Positions 19,949-30,633 of a stretch of DNA of 64,000 nucleotides are shown piece after piece. Position 1 is the first letter of the stretch, and the number at the start of each line of letters is the position of its first letter. Source of the DNA: Promethearchaeota archaeon. GTDB lineage: Archaea > Asgardarchaeota > Lokiarchaeia > Sigyniarchaeales > SOKP01. The notes below the pieces were generated by a model that saw only the letters and a list, made by a program, of their open reading frames with translations, had not been told where the DNA came from and made no database searches. The DNA lies in NCBI GenBank assembly GCA_016839555.1, contig JAEOUA010000010.1, positions 440,142 through 504,141 on the forward strand. Direction: 5' to 3'. The translations under genes were made by a program, and so were the position numbers.

Positions 19949-21394
19949 ATGAGTGAAAATTACCAAAAATGGATTGAAAATAATAGAGATTTTTTAATAG
20001 AGATTTCCGATAAAATTTGGGAATTTGCTGAAACAGGATTTCAAGAATTTAAATCATCAAAGCTCTTGGCAGATACTTTAGAAGATTATGATTTCAAAGT
20101 CTTTAGAGGAGTGGCGGAAATGCCCACAGCTTTTTATGCTACGTATGGAAATGGAAAACCCGTCATTGCAATATTAGGTGAATATGATGCTCTTCCTGGT
20201 TTAAGCCAGGTCGCCGAACCAATAAGAAACCCAATTATACAAGATGCTCCTGGACATGGATGCGGACATAATTTATTAGGGGTTGGTTCATTAGGTGCAG
20301 TAATAGCTGTAAAACAAGCTTTAGATGATGGCATAGCTAATGGCACAATACGATATTATGGATGTCCAGCAGAGGAGATATTTAATGCAAAGGGTTATAT
20401 GGTAAAACATGGATTATTTGAGGATGTCGATATTTCTCTAACCTGGCACCCCAGCTTTTTAAACATGATTAATCTAATGTCCACATTGGCAATGAATTCT
20501 GTTGTTTTTAGATTCCATGGGCAAACGGCTCATGCTGCTGCTGACCCCCAGAATGGGCGAAGTGCTTTAGACGCTGTAGAGCTTATGGATATTGGTGCGA
20601 ATTACTTAAGAGAACATATTATCCCAGATGCACGATTACATTACGTTATCACAAATGGTGGAAAAGCACCTAATATTGTACCTGATGAGGCTGAAGTATG
20701 GTACTTTGTAAGAGCCCCAGAACGTCATCAAGTAGACCATCTTTATGAACGTTTAATAAAGATTGGAAAAGGAGCGGAATTAATGACCGAGACTCAAATG
20801 GAGATTGACTTTCTAAGTGCTAGCTATAATACTAAATTTAATAGTGTAGTACAAGAAGTGGTTTATTTAAATTTAAAAAAAGTTGGACCTCCTAATTTTA
20901 AGAGTAAAGAAAAACAATTTGCAAAAGAACTAAGCAAGACTCTTTCCGAAAATTCTATAGAGGGATATCTTAGATTTGTTCCTTCTGAATATATGGATTT
21001 AGCAAAAGCAGTTTTAAGTCAACCTCTTAATAAAATCATAGTTCCTCCGATAGGAGAGGGAGCCGTGGAACCAGGTTCGACTGATGTTGCTGATGTATCG
21101 TGGGTAACGCCATTAGCAGAATTCAATACAGCATGTGAGGTAATAGGTTCACCGGGCCATTCATGGCAGAATGTAGCAACGGGAGGAATGGAAATTGGAC
21201 ATAAAGGGATGCTTGCCGCAGCAAGAGTTTTAGCTTTATCGGCCTTAGATTTTATGAGAAATCCCGACTTAGTTGAGAAAGCTTGGAGGCAATTTGAAAA
21301 AGATCATCAAGACAAAAAATATTCCTTTCCATTTCCGAAAGATCAAAAACCCTTATTTAATAAGCTTAAAGAAGTGAATTATATGTTAGAATAA
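19949..21394 (+). CDS. abgB: M20 amidohydrolase, p-aminobenzoyl-glutamate hydrolase subunit B-like
   Basis: GEYDALPGLSQ, GHGCGHNLLG, GCPAEE, GRSALDAVELM, GSTDVADVSW, PGHSWQ. Confidence 0.88.
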   Translation: MSENYQKWIENNRDFLIEISDKIWEFAETGFQEFKSSKLLADTLEDYDFKVFRGVAEMPTAFYATYGNGKPVIAILGEYDALPGLSQVAEPIRNPIIQDAPGHGCGHNLLGVGSLGAVIAVKQALDDGIANGTIRYYGCPAEEIFNAKGYMVKHGLFEDVDISLTWHPSFLNMINLMSTLAMNSVVFRFHGQTAHAAADPQNGRSALDAVELMDIGANYLREHIIPDARLHYVITNGGKAPNIVPDEAEVWYFVRAPERHQVDHLYERLIKIGKGAELMTETQMEIDFLSASYNTKFNSVVQEVVYLNLKKVGPPNFKSKEKQFAKELSKTLSENSIEGYLRFVPSEYMDLAKAVLSQPLNKIIVPPIGEGAVEPGSTDVADVSWVTPLAEFNTACEVIGSPGHSWQNVATGGMEIGHKGMLAAARVLALSALDFMRNPDLVEKAWRQFEKDHQDKKYSFPFPKDQKPLFNKLKEVNYMLE

Positions 21395-21547
21395 TCAATA
21401 CAGTTTAATGTTAAGCGAAATTTATTTAGATAAATTTAGCATAAATTATTTTTAGTCGAACTATTCTTTTTCATTTTTAAATTTAATAGAAATCAGAATA
21501 TTTCTATTTATAATTTTAATATGATATTAATTTAATTTTATTAGATT

Positions 21548-22129
21548 TTAATAAATCTTTTGAATAATATCCTCTCTAGATCGTTTAGGAACATGCATCA
21601 TTCCTTTTTCATCTTTCCAATATTTAAAAGAGTCCTTAAAAGGTTCAACTATGGATATTTCATTGGGAAGTCCTAAGCTTATCACATGAGAGATTTTATA
21701 GTGGTTAGGGATTTTAAAGAGCTCTCTTATTTTAATCTTATCAATGGAACCCATCCAACAAGCTCCTAAACCAAAGTTAGTGGCCCCTAATAAGATATTT
21801 TCAACCGCCGCACCTATATCATATTGAGCATTTTTTTTTATTTTTATATTATTAAGAACAATTATATAAGCCTTAGGTCTCTCCCCTTCTTTTGGTGTTC
21901 TTTGATCTCTTGGTAAATGTGCTGCCCATTTTAATAAAGGAAATAATTTCTTTCTCATTTCACTCTTTTGCACTATTATATACTCTAGGCTTTGTATGTT
22001 TGCTGCTGCAGGTGCCAGCCTAGCATAGTCTATTAATTTTTTTAATATATCCAGTGAAATTGGCTCATTTTTGAATCTACGAATAGTCCTTCTTTCATAA
22101 ATGATTTTTTCAAACTCGATTTTAATCAC
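21548..22129 (-). CDS. Nitroreductase family protein
   Basis: RRTIRRF, ARLAP.AANIQ, D.GAAVENILL.A...GLGACW. Confidence 0.9.
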   Translation of the reverse strand: MIKIEFEKIIYERRTIRRFKNEPISLDILKKLIDYARLAPAAANIQSLEYIIVQKSEMRKKLFPLLKWAAHLPRDQRTPKEGERPKAYIIVLNNIKIKKNAQYDIGAAVENILLGATNFGLGACWMGSIDKIKIRELFKIPNHYKISHVISLGLPNEISIVEPFKDSFKYWKDEKGMMHVPKRSREDIIQKIY

Positions 22130-22192
22130 TTTTTTTAGTAATATCTAGTATAATTACATTTAAAAAATAAGTATTTTTAAAGTTTGGATAAA

Positions 22193-22296
22193 TGGGAAAG
22201 GGGGGATATATTCTCTCAGGAATAGGTTTTCAGAGATTTGAACCCCCGATCTCTTGGTTCCGAACCAAGAATCATACCAAGCTAGACTACCTTCCC
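22193..22296 (-). tRNA. tRNA-Pro(CGG) with 30-nt intron at position 58/59
   Basis: Acceptor GGGAAGG/CTTTCCC-A73, anticodon arm CTTGG-TTCGGAA-CCAAG, T-arm GGGGG-TTCAA^AT-CCCCC after removing 22208-22237; 74 nt spliced, no encoded CCA. Confidence 0.92.
22208..22237 (-). other. BHB tRNA intron in the T-loop (58/59)
   Basis: Central helix GUUC/GAAU, bulges AA^A and AU^A, inner stem UCUC/GAGA. Confidence 0.88.
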
Positions 22297-22427
22297 AAAA
22301 ATACTCATGATGTTAAAAAAAAATGATAAATAAAATGTAATAGGAATTATATTGAATAAAAGTTAAAAAAATGTTAAAAGTTTTTTTTGAAGTGGCTATT
22401 AAATTATTTTTAATAAAAGAGATACTT

Positions 22428-22709
22428 TTAATCTTTAATTTTTTCTAATAACGAAATTATCCGATAAACGTTTGTTCTAATATGGAAAGGAATATTCGGA
22501 TCTTGGGAGAGATCATCGACCAAATAAATAATATTACTTGCGATAATCCCTGGGCTCTCATCTTCATTGTGAAGTTCATCTATTCCTCTTTGTGCTTTTC
22601 TTTTAATGTTTCTTGGAACTGCTCGGTCTTTGATCATCGCATTTAATAATTTCTCAACGTTTACAAATGTTTTTTCTATTTCTTCCGTAAATCCCTTTTC
22701 CCTTGACAT
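22428..22709 (-). CDS. UPF0147 family protein
   Basis: D..VPRNIKR.A, L.DDLSQDPNIP.H.RT..Y.IIS.LE. Confidence 0.9.
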   Translation of the reverse strand: MSREKGFTEEIEKTFVNVEKLLNAMIKDRAVPRNIKRKAQRGIDELHNEDESPGIIASNIIYLVDDLSQDPNIPFHIRTNVYRIISLLEKIKD

Positions 22710-22851
22710 AGTAATCTCCCTAAAAATAATCTTATTAATACACTATTAAATTAATTAAAAGTCTGCTTAAGCAAATATTTTATTTTTTAAATTTTTTTTG
22801 TTTTTTGGCAATTAAAATACAAAAATACAAGATTTTAAAAAGATTCTGAAA

Positions 22852-25764
22852 TTAAAAGATACCAAATTCTCGAATAGTTTTTTTAAGAGAAGGAATGGTC
22901 TCCTTATATTGATTCAATTGATTTTTATATTCAGAGAAAATATTCTCAAAATTTGCTGCATTCTCATCAATTATTCGGACGAAATTATAGGCAATACTTT
23001 GAATACTTTCGAAAATTTTATCATATTGTTTAGCCGATTCTTTTAATTTTGGTGGGGCTTGTTTACGCTTTTTTCTAATTAAATTTCGGACTCTTCCTCG
23101 TGGGATTCTTATTCTTTCAATGAAATCATCACAATCTGCTAAGAAATTATATGCTTGTTCTTTATTTTGAGCTTGCAGCTTAGTTTCAATAATCTCTGTT
23201 CGCCAAGTATTTATTCGTCCTTTCGCATAAGTATCAAAATTTAATGAGATTGAATCAATTCCTTCTTGAACAAGAAATCTTAAAAAATCAGGGTAATCGC
23301 TGGGTGCTTGTCCACATATTCCAACTTTTTTACCATATTCATGCGCTATTTTTATAAGTTGAGAAATTGAGCGTTTCAGCGCTTCGCTATTTGCATTATA
23401 GCCGAATTGGTCTGCAAGTGGGATAAGTTTTTCATTATCTCTTCCAACCCCATAGGTCAGTTGAGTTAAATCATTGGACCCTATAGAAAATCCATCAAAA
23501 TACTCACAAAATAGGTCAGCGCATATTATATTTGAGGGGATCTCTGCCATACAAAATATTTTTAATCCATTTTCACCTCTGACTAATCCCTCGGATTTCA
23601 TTATGTTTATGATTCTTTCAGCTTCTTGGGGAGATCTAGTGAATGGCAGCATTGGAATAATATTGTTTAATCCCCACTCTCTTGCCTTTTTAATTGCTTT
23701 TAATTCTAAAATAAAGGCATCTTGAAATTCTTCATGAACATATCGAGAACATCCTCGAAATCCCATCATTGGATTAGCTTCAGTGCCTTCATATATCCAT
23801 CCTCCTAGTAGATTTGCATATTCATTAGTTTTAAAATCAGATAATCTTACAATACAGGGGGCTATTGAGCCATCCGGAAGTTCTTTCCATACTCCTGCGG
23901 CAATAGTAGCGATGCCTTCAGCTAATTTTTCTATATAAAATTCTTCTTTGTCATCATAATGAAATGTTATTTCTTCTATTTTATTTAAAGTTTCTTTTAA
24001 CTTCCTAATTTCTTTATTGAAGGGATCATTTGCGTGTAATTCACTTTTTTTTATTCGTTCAATCTCTTTTCTCCGTTCTAAAAGAATTTCATGTCTTACT
24101 AATAATCTATCGTAATTAATTAAAGCACTTGGATGAATTTGTATCTCATCATTTATAATAAATTCAAGTCTAGCTAATCCAGTACCATCAGGATATTTTC
24201 CAGCAGAAAGAGCTCCTTTTGGAATTCCTAAATTAACTAAAACTTGAGTTTTGGTGCTGGGAAGTTGAGAAAATTCAATAGTATCAAAATCATATTCCAC
24301 TTCCTTAGCCCATATTCTCGCTTCTCCTTCGCTACAGTCAATTGTTAGACTTTCTAAATTTTGATCGCGCTGTTTCTCTTTAAGTGTTTCCACTATATTA
24401 TCGGCACCTACAATTCCTGCAATATTTAGTTCTCGGGAAACAATAGCAGCATGACACGTGGGTCCTCCCCTTTCAGTAATAACTCCACCTAAATTTTGCA
24501 TATAAGATGTCCAATCGGGATTGGTTTCTTCTGTAACGAGAATGTCTCCATCCTTTAATAAATGAGCTTCATTAATTGATTCAATAATTTTTAATTTTCC
24601 ATACCCAATTCTTCGTCCTATAGCTGTCCCAGTATTTTTTATTAGTAAATTTTTTTGCTTTAATTCTTCTGGATCTTCTATAAGATAAAATATCTCTTCT
24701 TTATCTCCTTTTTGACTATGCACCGTCTCTGGTCTCGCTTGAACAATATATATTTTATCCCCTGCTAATGCCCATTCGATATCCATCCGTTTTCCATAAT
24801 GTTCTCTTATTTTTTTAGCATATTCTGCCAATTTTAATACTTGTTCATCATTTAAACAAAATTCTCTCTCTTTGTTCTCTGGTACAGAAACAGTAATAGT
24901 ACCTCCTTTTTCTTCATCAAACTTCATCATTTTGAGCTTTTTAGTTAATGTTCTATTGATGATTCTCATTTGCCCTGGACTATGCTTGAAAACTATGAAT
25001 TCATCTCCTTTTTCCACTCCTTGAACTATTAATTCTCCTAAACCCCAAGTACCTCTTATTATAATAACATTTGGATTTCCAGAATCCGGATCTTCTGTAA
25101 ACATTACCCCAGAAGCCTTTACCCCTTCTCTTCCACCTGCCATCTCTTGAACTCCAACACTTAATTTCACCGAAAAATGATCAAATCCCGCTCTCTCTCT
25201 ATAAAGTGTTGCTCGTGTGGTAAAAACGGATGCCATATCTTTTAAAATATAATCCACGATTTCCTGTTCTCCACTAATATTAAGGTGAGTATCTTGCTGT
25301 CCAGCAAAGGATGCATCTGGCAGATCTTCTGCGGTTGCAGAACTTCTCACAGCAAATGTAGTATCGTTTCCAATTCGCGATATTATTTTTCTATATGCAT
25401 CAATTATCTCATCCTTTATTGAATCAGGCATTTTCGCCTGCTCAATGTGGGTTCTAATATTAGCACAAATTTTGTCTACAGTGCTAATTGATTTAATATC
25501 TTCTTTTTGTATTTCTTCAGAAATATTATCTATTTGGTGTTTTATATATTTTTTTAAAGTAACTAATTGTCCATTATATAATATATCATTACTGTCCAAT
25601 ATATAATCAAAAGCTTTTGCTGTTACTGCAAAGCCGAGCGGTACTGGAATTCCAAATGATAATAACTCGCCTAATGATGCATTTTTTCCCCCAACGATAC
25701 TCACATCTGAAGATCTCACATCATCGAAGAACTTAATATAATGATAATTATTCCTTGTTGCCAT
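22852..25764 (-). CDS. ppsA: Phosphoenolpyruvate synthase (pyruvate, water dikinase)
   Basis: VGGKNASLGEL, AVRSSATAEDLPDASFAGQQDT, QARPETV, GGPTCHAAIVSRE, GFSIGSNDLTQL, GICGQAPSD. Confidence 0.95.
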   Translation of the reverse strand: MATRNNYHYIKFFDDVRSSDVSIVGGKNASLGELLSFGIPVPLGFAVTAKAFDYILDSNDILYNGQLVTLKKYIKHQIDNISEEIQKEDIKSISTVDKICANIRTHIEQAKMPDSIKDEIIDAYRKIISRIGNDTTFAVRSSATAEDLPDASFAGQQDTHLNISGEQEIVDYILKDMASVFTTRATLYRERAGFDHFSVKLSVGVQEMAGGREGVKASGVMFTEDPDSGNPNVIIIRGTWGLGELIVQGVEKGDEFIVFKHSPGQMRIINRTLTKKLKMMKFDEEKGGTITVSVPENKEREFCLNDEQVLKLAEYAKKIREHYGKRMDIEWALAGDKIYIVQARPETVHSQKGDKEEIFYLIEDPEELKQKNLLIKNTGTAIGRRIGYGKLKIIESINEAHLLKDGDILVTEETNPDWTSYMQNLGGVITERGGPTCHAAIVSRELNIAGIVGADNIVETLKEKQRDQNLESLTIDCSEGEARIWAKEVEYDFDTIEFSQLPSTKTQVLVNLGIPKGALSAGKYPDGTGLARLEFIINDEIQIHPSALINYDRLLVRHEILLERRKEIERIKKSELHANDPFNKEIRKLKETLNKIEEITFHYDDKEEFYIEKLAEGIATIAAGVWKELPDGSIAPCIVRLSDFKTNEYANLLGGWIYEGTEANPMMGFRGCSRYVHEEFQDAFILELKAIKKAREWGLNNIIPMLPFTRSPQEAERIINIMKSEGLVRGENGLKIFCMAEIPSNIICADLFCEYFDGFSIGSNDLTQLTYGVGRDNEKLIPLADQFGYNANSEALKRSISQLIKIAHEYGKKVGICGQAPSDYPDFLRFLVQEGIDSISLNFDTYAKGRINTWRTEIIETKLQAQNKEQAYNFLADCDDFIERIRIPRGRVRNLIRKKRKQAPPKLKESAKQYDKIFESIQSIAYNFVRIIDENAANFENIFSEYKNQLNQYKETIPSLKKTIREFGIF

Positions 25765-25852
25765 CTTTTATCAATCCCTTCTCTAGATACTGATTAACTA
25801 CTATAGAAATAAAATTAACTTATATACTAATAAATTATGATTAAATAAAAAA

Positions 25853-28300
25853 TTAGTCTGTTTTTATAATTAGAGTTTGGGTTTTAGATTCTTTAAAGAA
25901 TAATAAGATGATTAATCTTTTACTACCTTCATCATAATTCCAATTATTCCTTTCATTTCCTTCTTTTAATTCAGAACCATTTTCAAGTTGAATAGAAAGC
26001 GGTTTTTTTTCAGAATAGAGCAAAATTTTATTCAATTTTCCTTTTAAATCTTCTATACTTAATTTCAATGTTTTATTATCTGCTCTTATAGTTGGAAATT
26101 GTTTTTTTGAACAAGGGATAAATTTATCAGTGCATCCTATTAATGCCATACCATTTGAGAGAATTGGATTGAATATATAATATTTATATTCGTATTTCTT
26201 AAGATTTCCTATCTGTATTTTTTGGGTTTTTGTGATTTTTAATATTTTATCTTCAAAATAATCATAGAGAATATAGGCATCCTGTTCAAAGCCCAATTCT
26301 TGAGGCGTAATAAAAGTCTCCTTCACACGCCTTGGCCAGATATTGGATATAAGCACAAATCTCCAAATGATTCCTTCTCGATTTATATAAGTATCGCAAA
26401 TATAATATTTCCTATGCTTTTTGAACATAAAATCATTAGCAGTAAGAGGTTTATCGGGTTTAAAAAGAAGACCATCATCCCTACAAGTTTTATTTAATAG
26501 AGGCCAATTCACATTTTCTTTTTTATCACCAGGAGCAACCAGTCCCGCATTTAAATTTTGATAGAGACATTTAAAAATAGGATGCTTTTCTCCAAATGGA
26601 CGAATGAAAGAATCTTCCATCGAGCGTGAACGAAATACATCAGGATGGGAATTAAGGCCTATAGCATGAATTAAAATATTCGATTGAGTAGAATGGACAT
26701 ATCTATAGGTGAGCGGCCATCTATGATTATAATCTCCGGAACACCTTGTTATTGTAATATTCGGATGTTTAATACTATATAAAAGTATAGCAGGTGTTTG
26801 CATGCAGTAAAACACGTTGACTCCATTTTCATTTGCAGCCATAGCCATACTATTTAACCATTTCTCCATAGTAGTTATATCTTCTCGCAATTGGGGAACG
26901 CTATCTATCTGATTTTTCATCCAATCTTGCTCATATACTACTATTCCACTCTCTTTCGCATGACGCATTAACCAATTCCAAAAATCTTTCTCCAAGGGGC
27001 AGGCATGATTTTTATAAGTTATAAAATTATATTCTTCTAAATAAGGAGATCGAGAATCCCAGCGTCTATTATGAGCTGTGATGGGTTTTTGAAAACGTCT
27101 CTCATAAAAAGTTTTCAAATCAGTTGAGAATCTTTCGGGATCTGTTTCCCACCTAAGCGTATTACCATATAAACCCCCTCCCATTAATCTTACTATGGGA
27201 CGAAATATGGTGGTAAAAGCTTTATTGGTATGCTTTAGATACCACCATGAATCAAAATTATAATATCGAATAGGGATGTTATGTTCTTCAAAATATTCTT
27301 TTATTGCGACTAAAGTTTCTTCATAATTCATCCCTTTCTCTGTTTTATAATAGTAATATGCCCCGTTATCGTTCCAAAAGCCTAAATGCGATGAAACTAT
27401 TTCGGAATATAAACTTTTTCTACTTGAATTGTGGTACTTTAATAGAAGATCCCCTAATTTTTCCATAGGTTTATTGATTCCTTGACTAAAATATAAAACA
27501 AATTTTTGTGAATAATTTTTCGGGATCTCTTTTATTTCCCCTTGAATCCCACAATTAATTCGTGCATTCTTCTCCTCAGAAATTGCTGCATTCAAAAACT
27601 TATCTAAAGGAGAAATGATTACACAGTTCAAATTATCATCATAAAGCAATACAGGCGCCGAAGTAGCCTTTATTTTTCGCGATGGAAGGCAAAAAATAGC
27701 GTGTCTATAGGTAAATGTCTTTTTATTCGGACTTTTATTTAAAAAGGACGGAAATCCTGATATTAAATGCTTGTAATTCCCGGTCGCTGTATTTCGTAAT
27801 CCATCTGGGAAGTTTAATTCGAATATTACATAATTTTTATCAAAAAATTGTTTTATGGCACTTATAATATTAATATTTTCATCTTCTATAGAATATTCGA
27901 TAATTATTTTTTTAAATTTTCCTAATATATCTTCAGATTCTTGTTCATTTATTTTATTCAATTTCAATAATTTCGTTTTTCTGCCCAAACCTTTAATATT
28001 TGAAAAGATTTGACCATTATGATGGAGTTTAAGCGCTCCTTTTATGATTTTTCTATCTTTTCCAAATGAAATCTCAAAACTCCCGTTTTCTTTATTAATA
28101 TTTAATTTTGGGCGATTTATTTGCTCCGGAATATCTTCTCCCACTTTTTTCTTAAAATCTCTTGATTTGTATTTATAACTAGCATTAATTAGGGGAGAAA
28201 CAAAAATTTTAAAAATCCATGGAAGAAATAAATATGTTCCTATACAAAGTAACACAAATCCTAGGACAATTGCTAATAATATTTTTACTATAAGCATCAT
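25853..28300 (-). CDS. Membrane-anchored putative glycoside hydrolase (clan-D/GH36-like TIM barrel)
   Basis: N-terminal TM; W.DNGAYYYY, YYNFDSWWY, YEQDW, YCM, RCSGDY, GLLFKPDKP. Confidence 0.6.
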   Translation of the reverse strand: MMLIVKILLAIVLGFVLLCIGTYLFLPWIFKIFVSPLINASYKYKSRDFKKKVGEDIPEQINRPKLNINKENGSFEISFGKDRKIIKGALKLHHNGQIFSNIKGLGRKTKLLKLNKINEQESEDILGKFKKIIIEYSIEDENINIISAIKQFFDKNYVIFELNFPDGLRNTATGNYKHLISGFPSFLNKSPNKKTFTYRHAIFCLPSRKIKATSAPVLLYDDNLNCVIISPLDKFLNAAISEEKNARINCGIQGEIKEIPKNYSQKFVLYFSQGINKPMEKLGDLLLKYHNSSRKSLYSEIVSSHLGFWNDNGAYYYYKTEKGMNYEETLVAIKEYFEEHNIPIRYYNFDSWWYLKHTNKAFTTIFRPIVRLMGGGLYGNTLRWETDPERFSTDLKTFYERRFQKPITAHNRRWDSRSPYLEEYNFITYKNHACPLEKDFWNWLMRHAKESGIVVYEQDWMKNQIDSVPQLREDITTMEKWLNSMAMAANENGVNVFYCMQTPAILLYSIKHPNITITRCSGDYNHRWPLTYRYVHSTQSNILIHAIGLNSHPDVFRSRSMEDSFIRPFGEKHPIFKCLYQNLNAGLVAPGDKKENVNWPLLNKTCRDDGLLFKPDKPLTANDFMFKKHRKYYICDTYINREGIIWRFVLISNIWPRRVKETFITPQELGFEQDAYILYDYFEDKILKITKTQKIQIGNLKKYEYKYYIFNPILSNGMALIGCTDKFIPCSKKQFPTIRADNKTLKLSIEDLKGKLNKILLYSEKKPLSIQLENGSELKEGNERNNWNYDEGSKRLIILLFFKESKTQTLIIKTD

Positions 28301-28525
28301 TTTTTTAATACCACAAAATTATTTTTTTTGCGATAGTTTTTAATTTTTCCTCATTAAAAAATACTAAACAAAAGAGAAGATCTTATTTTTAAAAACTATT
28401 TTTTTATAACAGAAATTATATTTTTTTCATATTAAAAAGAAGAAAATTAAATAAACTCAAATTAGCATTAGAATAAAATGAAAAATTTAAATACAAAATT
28501 AAAAGAAGAGAGAAAAAAAGTTTTA

Positions 28526-29224
28526 TTAAGTGGGTTGCTCTTTTTGTGCTTTTTTAAATATTTCATCTAGTTTTTTGCGATCTTCCTCGCTCATTTGACT
28601 CATTGCTTCTATATTTTGCCTCATTAAGTCCATCATAACATTTCTCGAAATAATTTGATGTAAAACAGGCAGAGCTATTCGAATTCTTGTAAGTTCATAA
28701 TTCATCCTTTTTGCCGTCTCTCGCATTTCCTTTAATTCTTCCTTGGTCATGCCCTCTTCTCCGATTCCAGGACAATCTAAATCAACAATTTTAAAATTTT
28801 TTCCGTCAAATTCTAAAGGATATGTTCTGCAACTTAAAGGGCGATTTTCATACACTAAACATTTTTTTTGCTCTTTATTATATAATGGACATTTTTCGTT
28901 TAATAGCTCCTCTAGAGGTGTTTTCTGGAGTGCCTTAGTGGGATCTTGATTTATTTGATCTTGTTCTTTATCTTTAGAGGATAAAGGTTTTAAAATTAAA
29001 TCCATCGAACCACTTGGTTGTGCATATATCTCCAAATAGGGTAAAAAATTTGCGAGCACTTCATTTCTCGCCCACATTTCTAAGTCCCATAAAGTGATGG
29101 GGATTGGCCCTCGCTCAAGACAGCATGCATCACATCGAGTACATTTGAAGGTAAACTTTTTTCTTTTTTTCTCTTGAGATTCTTCCTCATTCTCATTTTT
29201 TGAATCATTTTCGGTTTCTGACAT
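28526..29224 (-). CDS. YkgJ-family CxxCxxCC cysteine-cluster protein
   Basis: FKCTRCDACC, CPLY...CLVYENRPLSCRTYP, CPGIG. Confidence 0.9.
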   Translation of the reverse strand: MSETENDSKNENEEESQEKKRKKFTFKCTRCDACCLERGPIPITLWDLEMWARNEVLANFLPYLEIYAQPSGSMDLILKPLSSKDKEQDQINQDPTKALQKTPLEELLNEKCPLYNKEQKKCLVYENRPLSCRTYPLEFDGKNFKIVDLDCPGIGEEGMTKEELKEMRETAKRMNYELTRIRIALPVLHQIISRNVMMDLMRQNIEAMSQMSEEDRKKLDEIFKKAQKEQPT

Positions 29225-29436
29225 TTTTGAGTTTCCTCTTTTGTTAAATATTCTAATTTGATTAGCTTATCTCATACCTTTTAATTAATTATATAAAAAA
29301 AATTTTTTCCCAATTTTTCTAAATTATTGGAAATTATTGATAAGACTTCTTATATAATACAAGAAAATTCTTAAAGAATGAGATGTATTCTTTCTTAGAT
29401 TAATTATTAGAAAGATAATTAAATATTCTTATAACA

Positions 29437-30519
29437 ATGTCATTTGAAAAGGATTTTAATCTATTGAAGAAGCTCACTGAAATTCAGAGCTGTAGCGGCA
29501 ATGAAAAAAGCATTAGAGAATTCATTGAAGATAATATAAAAGATAAATGCGATAAAATCGAAACTGATTCTTTAGGTAATTTAATTTGTTATTATAATCG
29601 TCCCTCTGAAACTGAGAAAAAATCATTTAAAATTCTATTAGATTCACATATTGACGAAATAGGCTTTATTGTCAGAATGATTAATGAGAAAGGATTTATA
29701 CGATTTTCTAATGTTGGTGGACAAAACCCACGGATTCTTCCTGGACAAAAAGTTACTATTCATTCCACATCAGGAGAGGATATCATCGGAATAATTGGAG
29801 AAAAACCAATTCATCTACTTGAGAGAAAAGAGAGGGAAAAAACGACTAAATTAGAAGATCTCTTTATTGATGTGGGGATGAGTGATTCTAATGAAGTAAA
29901 GAAATACATTTCCGTGGGAGATTATATCACTTTAAAACAAGAATGTACAGCATTTAAAGGTAATAAAAGACTTTTTTCAAAAGCGTTTGATGATAGAGCA
30001 GGCTGCTTTGTTCTTATAAAGTTAATAAATGAATTATATGAATTGAAAGAAAAATTGCATGGGGAATTGATATTCCAGTTTGCTGCTCAAGAAGAGATCG
30101 GTGTAAGAGGCGCTACAGTAGGATCTTATAGAATCACCCCAGATATAGGAATTGCTATAGAAGTCACACATGCAATTGACTTTCCAGGAGTAAATAAAGA
30201 TAAATTTTATGAGTGTAATCTTGGATCTGGTGTTTCTATTTCTGTTGGACCGAATCTTTATCCAAAATTAACAAAATCACTAATTGAAACTGCAAAAGAG
30301 GAGAATATCCCTTTTATATTAGAAGCAGAACCAAGACCAACTTCCACAGATGCAAGAGCTATTCAAATGACAAAATCAGGAATACCTTGTGCATTAGTAT
30401 CAGTACCTCTTCGCTATATGCATACAAATATTGAAACTATTGAGTATCAAGACCTTATTTATTGCGTGCAATTGCTTAAATCATTCTTATTAAAAAATAT
30501 AAAAGAGTTGATATTATAA
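29437..30519 (+). CDS. M42 family (TET/FrvX) aminopeptidase
   Basis: SHIDEIG, KAFDDRAG, QEEIG.RGA, STDA, PLRYMHT. Confidence 0.93.
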   Translation: MSFEKDFNLLKKLTEIQSCSGNEKSIREFIEDNIKDKCDKIETDSLGNLICYYNRPSETEKKSFKILLDSHIDEIGFIVRMINEKGFIRFSNVGGQNPRILPGQKVTIHSTSGEDIIGIIGEKPIHLLERKEREKTTKLEDLFIDVGMSDSNEVKKYISVGDYITLKQECTAFKGNKRLFSKAFDDRAGCFVLIKLINELYELKEKLHGELIFQFAAQEEIGVRGATVGSYRITPDIGIAIEVTHAIDFPGVNKDKFYECNLGSGVSISVGPNLYPKLTKSLIETAKEENIPFILEAEPRPTSTDARAIQMTKSGIPCALVSVPLRYMHTNIETIEYQDLIYCVQLLKSFLLKNIKELIL

Positions 30520-30633
30520 AAATAATTAATTTACAATTTTCTAAAGTTAATTTCTTTTAATTAAAAAAAAAATATAAAAAATTTAAAAAAATTGGATTAT
30601 TTTAATTTTTATTTGAAATTTTTCTAATTATTT

